Assembly: GCA_963770565.1 (NCBI GenBank)
Contig: CAVYQE010000011.1
Location: forward strand, 96,001-160,000
Source of the DNA: an uncultured Actinomycetota bacterium
GTDB lineage: Bacteria; Actinomycetota; Actinomycetes; JAFAQI01
Direction of reading: 5' to 3'
DNA: 64,000 nucleotides
This document shows positions 46,486 to 53,986 of this stretch, piece after piece. The stretch's first letter is position 1. The number at the start of each line of letters is the position of its first letter. The notes below the pieces were generated by a model that saw nothing but the letters and a program-made list of their open reading frames with translations, did no database searches and was not told where the DNA came from. A program made the position numbers and the translations under genes.

Positions 46486-47450
46486 CCGACGTGCTGACCG
46501 ACGAGCCGACGACGCCGGACGACGAAGCGGGCGAGACCCAGGTGCCGCCGCGGTCAAACCGGTCGGCCCTGTCCCGGTCGCTCTGGTACGGAACGATCGT
46601 GGTGCTGGCGGCCTTTCTTCTGGCCTGCGGGATCTGGACGCTGACCGGTGGACGGACCTACGTAGTGACGACACCGAGCATGAGCCCGGGAGTGCCGGTC
46701 GGATCGCTCGTCCTGGTCCGGCCCGACCCGCCCGGCGGGCCGCACGTCGGCCAGATCATCGCCTTCCATCCGCCGAACGAGCCGAAGACGACGTACACGC
46801 ACCGGGTCATCGCGGTCAACGCGGACGGCACCTACTCGACCAAGGGCGACCTTGACTCGACTCCGGACGCCTGGGTGCTCAAGCGCAGCCAGATCATCGG
46901 CGTCGCGACCCACCACTTCAAGGGTCTCGGCTGGGTGGTGCGGGCTCTGCCCTGGCTGGCCCTCGGCGCTGTTCTGCTGATGGCGATCGTGATGTTCCTG
47001 CCGCGTTCGCGACGACGGATCGCCTCGTTCGTCGGCGGCACGATCGTGGTGTCGGTGCCGATTCTCGTGTTGCATCCGTTGGTGCGCGGGGTCTTCGCGG
47101 GCTCGGGCCTGATCAGCGGACGAATCCACGCGCTGGTCGTCAACACCGGGCTGTTGCCCTTGCGCTTCACGATGAAGGGCTCCCCGTCGGCGCATACCGC
47201 CGCCGGCTACCCGGCGAGGCTGGTCGCCAAGCCACCACCGCACCATGGCTTCCTCACGATCACCGGCGCGGTCGACCTGTCGGTCTGGGGCTGGGTGGTC
47301 CTGATCCTGGTTTGCCTGGCACCACTGTTGATCGCGCTCGCGGTGCCGACGAGCTTCTGGACCGGCCCGGCCGAGGACTCCGACGACGATGCAGCCTCGG
47401 ATGAGGCAGAGTCGGCGGACGAGGTTGCGGTCAGCCCGTCGCCGGCCTGA
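46482..47450 (+). CDS. sipW: Signal peptidase I, SipW/ER-type (S26B), with extra C-terminal TM region
   Basis: VTTPSMSP (Ser), YTHRV (His), TKGD...PD. Confidence 0.85.
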   Translation: MTDVLTDEPTTPDDEAGETQVPPRSNRSALSRSLWYGTIVVLAAFLLACGIWTLTGGRTYVVTTPSMSPGVPVGSLVLVRPDPPGGPHVGQIIAFHPPNEPKTTYTHRVIAVNADGTYSTKGDLDSTPDAWVLKRSQIIGVATHHFKGLGWVVRALPWLALGAVLLMAIVMFLPRSRRRIASFVGGTIVVSVPILVLHPLVRGVFAGSGLISGRIHALVVNTGLLPLRFTMKGSPSAHTAAGYPARLVAKPPPHHGFLTITGAVDLSVWGWVVLILVCLAPLLIALAVPTSFWTGPAEDSDDDAASDEAESADEVAVSPSPA

Positions 47451-47467
47451 CGTTTCCCGGGCGGTCG

Positions 47468-48835
47468 CTATCCGCCGGGCGGAAGGCTGATCGTGAAGCA
47501 CGCCCCGCCTTCAGGGGCATGGCCGGCCGTGGCGCCGCCACCGAGCCTGGTCGCCAGCGCCCCGACCAGAGCAAGACCGAGCCCGGTCCCGACCCGGCGG
47601 ACCCCGCGGTATCGCTCATAGAGCACCGACCGGTCGAAGGCCACCGGGAGGTCCTCGTCGTGCAAGCCGGGTCCGCCGTCGCGCACCTCGACCTGCACCG
47701 CGGCCGGGCCGCGGCGGAGCGCGAGGACGATCGGCTGCCCGGTCGGCGTCACTCGTAGCGCGTTCTCGGTCAGGCCGTCGATCAGCTGCCGCACCCTGGT
47801 CGGGTCGGTTCGCACCAGGACCGCTTCCGCCGGCGACTCGACCCGGAGCTCCACGCCGACCTGCTCGCAGCGCCGGTGCCAGACTTCGGCGGCGCCGAGG
47901 ACGACCGTTCGCAGGTCGAGGTCGACCGGATCGATCCGGAAGTCGTGCGCGCCGAGCCGGGCGAGATCGAGCAGGTCGGCGACCAGCCGGTCGAGCCGCT
48001 CGGCCTCGGCCAGGATCGTCGCGCCGGCCGGCCGGACGTCATCGCCGGTGCTGACGCCGTCCGCGAGCGCTTCGGAGAACCCGCGGATCGCCGTGAGCGG
48101 CGTACGAAGCTCGTGCGAGACCGACAGCAGGAACTCGCGTTCGCGTTGCTCGCTGGTCCGCAGTGCACTGCCGAGCGTGTTGAGCGCATCGGTGACCGCG
48201 GCGACTTCCTGCGGTCCCTCGGGCGTGATGTGGACCGAGCGGTCGCCGGCCGCGATCTGCATCGCACCGGCCGCGGTCGCATGCAGCGGGCGAGCAACGC
48301 GCCGGGCCAGCAGGACGCCGGCCAGCGCCCCGCCGATCAGGCCGGCGAGCAGCGCGAGCAGCTCCGCGTGCCGGATGTCGCGTGCGGTCGCGGAGGGCAG
48401 CCCGGTCGGCTGGGCGAGCACGATCGCGCCACCGGCTTGCAGCGGGCGGCCCTCGACCACGAGCCGCTGACCGTCGATCGTGCGGCGCCCCGAGATCGCC
48501 TGTCCGGACCGCAGCGTCGACAGGTCGGCGCTCGACACCGTGAGGTCGCCCCGGCTCTGCCCCGCGGCGGAGATCAACTCGATCTGGATCGCGCCGCCCG
48601 ACGTCGAACGGTTGGCCAGCGCGGTCAGCACCCGGACGTCACCGGCCCGACTCGGCGCGAGGCCGGCGACCAGGTTGGCGTCCCTGGCCAGCCGGTTGTC
48701 CTCGGCGCGGGTGATCGCGGCCCGGACCAGGCTGACCGACACCACGGTCGCGAGCGCGACGGCCACGAAGGCGACGGCCGTCGTGACGAGCCCGATGTGG
48801 ACCGCCAGGCTGCGCTGCTTGCGAGCCGGGCTCAT
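47468..48835 (-). CDS. HAMP-domain sensor histidine kinase
   Basis: Two TM, SHELRTPLT, ENALR, DGGPG, GTGLGL. Confidence 0.92.
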   Translation of the reverse strand: MSPARKQRSLAVHIGLVTTAVAFVAVALATVVSVSLVRAAITRAEDNRLARDANLVAGLAPSRAGDVRVLTALANRSTSGGAIQIELISAAGQSRGDLTVSSADLSTLRSGQAISGRRTIDGQRLVVEGRPLQAGGAIVLAQPTGLPSATARDIRHAELLALLAGLIGGALAGVLLARRVARPLHATAAGAMQIAAGDRSVHITPEGPQEVAAVTDALNTLGSALRTSEQREREFLLSVSHELRTPLTAIRGFSEALADGVSTGDDVRPAGATILAEAERLDRLVADLLDLARLGAHDFRIDPVDLDLRTVVLGAAEVWHRRCEQVGVELRVESPAEAVLVRTDPTRVRQLIDGLTENALRVTPTGQPIVLALRRGPAAVQVEVRDGGPGLHDEDLPVAFDRSVLYERYRGVRRVGTGLGLALVGALATRLGGGATAGHAPEGGACFTISLPPGG

Positions 48836-49515
48836 CCGCCGGCGGCGTACCCGACGCCGCGCACCGTGCGGATCGGACTGGCCGGCCCGAGCTTGGCCCG
48901 AAGCTGCGCGACGTGGACATCGACGGTGCGGGTGCCGGCCGCAGCCTGGTAGCCCCACACGTGCGCCAGCAGCTGTTCGCGGTCGTAGACCTGTCCGGGT
49001 CGGCGGAGCAGAAAGGCCAGCAGCGCGAACTCGGTCGCGGTCAGCTCGACCGGTTCGCCGGCAACCGACGCCAGGTGGCGATCGAGATCGAGGGTCACCT
49101 CGCCGACCTGCAGCGACCGCACCGCGGCCGGTGCTGACCGCCGAAGGATCGCCTTGACCCGGGCCACCAGCTCGCGCGGCGAGAACGGCTTGGTGAGGTA
49201 GTCGTCGGCACCGAGCTCGAGGCCGATCAGCCGGTCGACCTCGTCGCCGCGGGCGGTGACGATCAACACCGGGGTCCAGTCGTCGGCGGCCCGCAACGCG
49301 CGACAGACCGCCAGGCCGTCCATGGTGGGCAGACCGATGTCCAGGACGAGGGCGACCGGGTGCAGGCGCCGCGCCGTATCCAGGACCGCCTGTCCGTCGG
49401 ACTCGACGTGCACCCCGAACCCCTCGCGGGACAGGTAGAGCCGCTCGAGATCGGCGATCGGGGTCTCGTCCTCGCCGACCAGGACGAGACCCCGGCTGGC
49501 GGCGCCCTCGCTCAT
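48832..49515 (-). CDS. OmpR-family response regulator
   Basis: LDIGLP, GADDYLTKPFSPREL, TVDVHV, TVRGVGY. Confidence 0.93.
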   Translation of the reverse strand: MSEGAASRGLVLVGEDETPIADLERLYLSREGFGVHVESDGQAVLDTARRLHPVALVLDIGLPTMDGLAVCRALRAADDWTPVLIVTARGDEVDRLIGLELGADDYLTKPFSPRELVARVKAILRRSAPAAVRSLQVGEVTLDLDRHLASVAGEPVELTATEFALLAFLLRRPGQVYDREQLLAHVWGYQAAAGTRTVDVHVAQLRAKLGPASPIRTVRGVGYAAGG

Positions 49516-49550
49516 TACGTCACCGTAAGCGGCGGGAGCGGCCAGGACCG

Positions 49551-50009
49551 TCAGCCGGCGCCGGACGCGCCTCGGACGCCGCGGATGGACCGCGCGGTGA
49601 GCGTCCCGCTGTGGTCGAGTGCGACGACCCAGACGTGGTCGCCGGTTGCGAGATCCGATGCCTTCAGCGCCTTGCCGTACGACCGGATCTTGGTCGCCGA
49701 GGTGAGGACGTAGTCATCGGTCACGCCGTCGCTGCTGCGCACCGTGAGTGCGGTCGGGGTCACCGAGGTGATCCGGCCCTGCTGGAGATCGACCGTGACG
49801 GTCCCTTTGCGGGCCTTCAGGACGAACTCGCCGTGCAGCATCCGTCGCAGGATGGGATGGTGCCGCGCGGCCGTCGCCGACGCCGCGCTCGCGCTTGTCG
49901 GTTGCTTGGTGGAGGCGGAGTCGGCGTACGCGACGCCGGCGACGCCGGACCCGATGACGGCAAGTGCAGCCACCGAGGCGGCTGCCCGAAGTCGACTCGT
50001 CATGAGCAT
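49551..50009 (-). CDS. Secreted protein, DUF5666-like
   Basis: Signal peptide ending AYA; LHGEFV...QQG.IT.V....LTV.S.DG, DL..GD.V. Confidence 0.6.
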   Translation of the reverse strand: MLMTSRLRAAASVAALAVIGSGVAGVAYADSASTKQPTSASAASATAARHHPILRRMLHGEFVLKARKGTVTVDLQQGRITSVTPTALTVRSSDGVTDDYVLTSATKIRSYGKALKASDLATGDHVWVVALDHSGTLTARSIRGVRGASGAG

Positions 50010-50116
50010 TTCCTCTCGATCGGTGATGTCAGGATCGAGAGAACCGCACCCGCGTGCGGCGACCGTTCGGCGAATGTTCGGATCGGGTAAAGGTGGTCAG
50101 GATCCGGCCGGGCGCG

Positions 50117-50878
50117 CTAGAGGCCGCCCGCGACCCGGAGCACCGCGCCGGTCACGTACGACGCCTCGTCGCTGAGCAGCCAGGCGATCGCCTGGGCGAT
50201 CTCGAGCGGCTCGCCGGTGCGCTGCAGCGGAGCCTGTGCAGCGACCCGGTCCGGGCGACCCGGGTTGCCGGCGGCAGCATGGATCGCGGTGCGAACCGTC
50301 CCGGGCGCGACCGCGTTGACCCGGATGCCCTCCGCACCGACCTCCTTGGCCAGGCCCATCGTGAAGGCATCGACGCCGGCCTTCGCCGCGGCGTAGTGGA
50401 CGTACTCGTGCGGTGACCCGATCGTCGCGGCCGCGGATGAGATGTTGACGATGGCTCCGCCGCGCCCGCCCCGGCGGGTCGACATCGACTGGACGGCGCG
50501 ACGGGCGCAGAGGATGACCGCGAGCAGGTTCACCTCGACGACCTGTTGGACGATCTCCGGCGCGGTGTCGGCGAGGTCGCCGACGTGGGCGAGTGTCCCG
50601 GCGTTGTTGACCAGGCCGGTGACCGGGCCGAGCCGCTCCTCGGCCTCGGCGAACAGCCGCTCGACGTCGGCGGCCCGGCTGACGTCGGCCTTGACCGCGA
50701 TCGCCCGGACCGGGGTCGCGAGGATGGCATCGACAGTGGCCAGCGCAGCCAGATCGTCGTTGAGATAGCCCACCACCACGTCGTGGCCGGCCTTGGCCAG
50801 GTGGTGGGCGGTGGCCGCCCCGATGCCACGGCCGCCACCGGTGACGATCGTGACCCGCTGGGTGTCCTCGGTCGTCAC
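50117..50878 (-). CDS. Short-chain dehydrogenase/reductase
   Basis: TGGGRGIG, NNAG, GSPHEYVHYAAAK. Confidence 0.9.
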   Translation of the reverse strand: MTTEDTQRVTIVTGGGRGIGAATAHHLAKAGHDVVVGYLNDDLAALATVDAILATPVRAIAVKADVSRAADVERLFAEAEERLGPVTGLVNNAGTLAHVGDLADTAPEIVQQVVEVNLLAVILCARRAVQSMSTRRGGRGGAIVNISSAAATIGSPHEYVHYAAAKAGVDAFTMGLAKEVGAEGIRVNAVAPGTVRTAIHAAAGNPGRPDRVAAQAPLQRTGEPLEIAQAIAWLLSDEASYVTGAVLRVAGGL

Positions 50879-50930
50879 CGCCCCATCATCCACCGCGACC
50901 CGAGTGAACGGCGCTCAGGTCCGGCGCCGG

Positions 50931-51272
50931 TCAGGCAGTCAGCGAGTCGTCGGCGGGTCGGCGGATGACGCGCTGGTCGGGCTCGGTCGCCAGTCGGGCC
51001 ATCACGCCGTACGACGCTCCCACCGCACTGAGCCGGCCGGCCGGCGAAGCGGACCGGGTGGCGTCCTCGGAGCGGAGCAGGATCAGCCCTTCGTCGGCGA
51101 GTGACTTCGCGGCGCGGCGCAGGCTCTCGACCCGGGACCGGGTCGGTGCGTCACCAGCGATGGCGATCAGCGGCACGTAAGCACCGTGCTCGCCGCGGGC
51201 GAGCGCGTCCTCCTCGAACCGAAGCAGGAACTCCAGCACCTGTAGCTGGATCCGCCCGTGTCCGCGGCTCAT
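50931..51272 (-). CDS. Hypothetical protein, possible winged-helix fold
   Basis: ATG start, protein-like composition, ESLRRAAKSLADEGLI helix resembling a wHTH recognition helix. Confidence 0.55.
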   Translation of the reverse strand: MSRGHGRIQLQVLEFLLRFEEDALARGEHGAYVPLIAIAGDAPTRSRVESLRRAAKSLADEGLILLRSEDATRSASPAGRLSAVGASYGVMARLATEPDQRVIRRPADDSLTA

Positions 51273-51498
51273 CGCGGTTGACCCGGCGGCCGGTCGTGCC
51301 GACTGATCGGGAGTGGGGGGCGGCGTCGCAGGGCGCGGCCGGTGCGCTCGCTCACCGGTTCGGCCCAGTCAATCCTGCGCAGTAGTGCAGGACCGCGCCA
51401 GGTTGGGGAGAAAGGCCCAAAGTGCGCTCTTCGTAGAAAAGCGCCACTCTTTCCGCCGGCATCCCACGTCCTTCGCTTGACTGGCCACCGGAGAATAC

Positions 51499-51517
51499 CT
51501 TGACTCATCGAGTCAAG
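51499..51517. promoter_or_regulatory. Palindromic operator CTTGACTC-ATC-GAGTCAAG upstream of the peptide gene
   Basis: Perfect 8-bp inverted repeat containing the -35-like TTGACT, in an AT-rich gap. Confidence 0.65.
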
Positions 51518-51595
51518 TCATTGTCAACACTCGGAAAAACAGAGCCAACACCCGCAAGAAACAGACACCAACACTCAGAAATTCGGAGGGTAATC

Positions 51596-51772
51596 ATGGC
51601 CAAGGCAACCCGCATCGCGATCACGCTGCTGTCGTGCGTCTCACTGTCGATCCTCGGTACCGCCGGTGCCGCGTCGGCCCACCCCCGGCACGCCGGCCCG
51701 ACCAAGGTTGCGGTGCACGTGCACAAGACCACGCACCGCATGCACTCCAACAAAGACGACTGGTGCTGCTAA
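51596..51772 (+). CDS. 58-aa secreted peptide (signal peptide plus His-rich tail ending DDWCC); candidate signalling pro-peptide
   Basis: GGAGG RBS; MAKATRIAITLLSCVSLSILGTAGAASA signal; GC3-rich codons; convergent with the HTH-TPR gene. Confidence 0.75.
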   Translation: MAKATRIAITLLSCVSLSILGTAGAASAHPRHAGPTKVAVHVHKTTHRMHSNKDDWCC

Positions 51773-51797
51773 GCCCCGGTCACCGCTAGGCGCGGTC

Positions 51798-53156
51798 TCA
51801 GCCGGTGCGAGTGAACATCGCGTGGCTGACCGGCGCTTCGCTGTGCAGGCCGAAGGCCGCGGCGGCGCTGCGGTAGGCGTCCCGCGCGCCTTCGGCGTCG
51901 CCGGCCTCGTCGAACCGTGAGCCGAGCTCGAACCAGAGCGCGGCCGCGGTTCGATCGGCGCCGGCTGCAGTCAGGGCGGCGACCGCGTTGCGGTAGTGCC
52001 GGCCGGCCTCGGACTGGTCGCCGCGTTGCTGGTCGATGCTGCCCAGCAGCGACTCGACCTCCGCCTGGACGAACGGGCTCTGGCCGGCGAGTAGGCCCAG
52101 CGCCTGAGTCGCGAGCGCTTCGCTGCCGTCGAGATCGCCGGCGAGCAACTGGCTGCGGGCAAGCAGAATGTCGCAGCGGGCGATGTCGACGACGCTGCCG
52201 TCGACGTCGCCCAGGTCGCGACGCGCCTTCCGGACGTGGAGCTCGGCCTGGGCCGGGTCGGGCGGGCTCTGGCGCAGGAGGAGCTGTCCGAACTGCCGGC
52301 GCAGCCGGGCCAGGCTGCGCAGGTCGTCGGTGTCGCCGAGCAGGGTCAACGCCCGGTCGGCGAGCCGGATCGCTTCGTCGAGGTCACCTCCGCGCGATGC
52401 GAGGATGCTCGCGTTCCAGTACGCCGAGGCGCGGGCCGTCGGCGACGCGAGCTTCTCGGCCGCCACGATCGTGGCGCGACACAGCTGACGGGCGTAGGTC
52501 TCGTCGCCGCGCTCGAAGTAGGCACCCACCAGGCTGACCGCGAGCCGGATCGCGTCCTCGGTGCCGTCGAGCCCGAGCTCCTCGGTGTGGCGGAGCGCGA
52601 CCTCTCCGACATCGATGCTCCGGGACAGGTCGCCGGCCTCGCGGTAGCAGCGGCACAGCGCGATCACCGCGGGCAGCCACAGCCGCTGGCGGCGGTCGGC
52701 CACGATCTGCTCGAGCAGTTCGGCCGCCGCGTCGAGCCGGCCGAGCGCTTCGAGGCTTCGCGCGTGGATCCATTCCGCCTCGCGCCGCAACGGTCCGAGC
52801 TCGTGCGCGGAGTCGATCAGGAGCTTGCGGACTTGGACCTCGGCGTCGTCCGCCTCACCGGAGTTGAGCGCGAGCTCGGCGTAGCGCAAGGCGAGCCGGA
52901 CCTCTTCGGCGTACTGCGGTTCGACCCCGGTGACCAGGTAGTCGATGGTGGTGCCGAGTCGCTCCGCGAGCAGCTGTGCCACCCGGGGTTCGGGCCGGCG
53001 CTGGCCGGCCTCGATCCGGGACACGTACGCGCCGGAGATCTCCGAACCGGCGAGGGCCTCTTGGGTCATGCCTCGGGCCACCCGGGTCGCGCGGACGCGC
53101 TGACCCAGCTTGGCCAGGTCGACTGAAGCCAGATGTGCCTCTGGTGCGTCGTTCAT
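51798..53156 (-). CDS. XRE-HTH plus TPR-repeat transcriptional regulator (RRNPP-like architecture)
   Basis: RVARGMTQEALA..ISGAYVSRIEAGQRRP HTH followed by ~370 aa of Ala/Leu-rich helical repeats (ASAYWNAS). Confidence 0.88.
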   Translation of the reverse strand: MNDAPEAHLASVDLAKLGQRVRATRVARGMTQEALAGSEISGAYVSRIEAGQRRPEPRVAQLLAERLGTTIDYLVTGVEPQYAEEVRLALRYAELALNSGEADDAEVQVRKLLIDSAHELGPLRREAEWIHARSLEALGRLDAAAELLEQIVADRRQRLWLPAVIALCRCYREAGDLSRSIDVGEVALRHTEELGLDGTEDAIRLAVSLVGAYFERGDETYARQLCRATIVAAEKLASPTARASAYWNASILASRGGDLDEAIRLADRALTLLGDTDDLRSLARLRRQFGQLLLRQSPPDPAQAELHVRKARRDLGDVDGSVVDIARCDILLARSQLLAGDLDGSEALATQALGLLAGQSPFVQAEVESLLGSIDQQRGDQSEAGRHYRNAVAALTAAGADRTAAALWFELGSRFDEAGDAEGARDAYRSAAAAFGLHSEAPVSHAMFTRTG

Positions 53157-53438
53157 CCTGATCGCCGCCTACCTCACTCCGTGCACGATGGATGGTCGCA
53201 TCGCGCCCCCGCGTAGACCGCGATCCAGAGCAGTACGCCGGACCCGGCCGTGGACCTTGTGGGCATCGTGACCGTACACGATGCGACGGCTTTACTTGAG
53301 GACTTCACAAAAGTTGACTGGACGTGGAGTGTCGTCACCGTTTGGGGCGGTTCAGGCGATTTGTTCCGCCTAGATCGGCCGTTTCCGGGGAATGCTTCGT
53401 CAAGCAGCCCGGGGCGATCTGCTGGCCTTGGCCCGGTC

Positions 53439-53951
53439 CTAAGGGGTGTCCGGCGGGTCGGTCAGCCGCATCGACGGCCGGCCCGGCTCGCCGAACTCGT
53501 CCATGAACTCGTTGAGCACCGACCACGCCCAGGTGTCGGTGCGGCGCCAGGTCAGGCGAAGGGTCTCGATGTCCTTCCACCCACGCACGATCCGAGCGTT
53601 GTCGGGGTTGCGGTCGTCCTCCTTGATCGCCATCCAGCGGCCATCGGCGAGCCGGAACACCTTGAAGACCAGCTCGTGGTCGGAGGCTTCGGCCTCGCCG
53701 TACTGGGCCCGAAGCGCCGAGGCGACCTCGCCCAGCCGCGGCGGGATCTCCCGCTCGGCGGCGGTGAGATCGGCGATGTAGGCGTCGATCGCGCGGACGT
53801 AGCGACGGGCTGCGTCGGCCTGGACGACCGCGGACATCGAGGCGCTCGTGCTGGCATCGTGCCAGCCGGCCTCGGCAGCGATGTATTCCGCGACGACGTC
53901 CGAAGCTTGCGCCACATCGGCAGTGTCCTCCGGAATCGCTCCCGCCGACAT
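53439..53951 (-). CDS. Hypothetical protein
   Basis: ATG start, 170 aa, genome-like codon use; no family recognised. Confidence 0.6.
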   Translation of the reverse strand: MSAGAIPEDTADVAQASDVVAEYIAAEAGWHDASTSASMSAVVQADAARRYVRAIDAYIADLTAAEREIPPRLGEVASALRAQYGEAEASDHELVFKVFRLADGRWMAIKEDDRNPDNARIVRGWKDIETLRLTWRRTDTWAWSVLNEFMDEFGEPGRPSMRLTDPPDTP

Positions 53952-53986
53952 GGTTTGACTCGCCGGAACTGCGCGGGCTGGGACGG

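Noticed and set aside
51596-51772. RiPP (lanthipeptide, ranthipeptide or ComX) precursor
   Set aside because: It has a Sec-type signal rather than a RiPP leader, and no modifying enzyme or dedicated exporter is adjacent. The window's radical SAM and prenyl synthase belong to the hopanoid cluster.
50931-53951. Prophage or integrative element around the peptide/regulator pair (arbitrium-like)
   Set aside because: No integrase, phage structural genes, tRNA or flanking direct repeats were seen.
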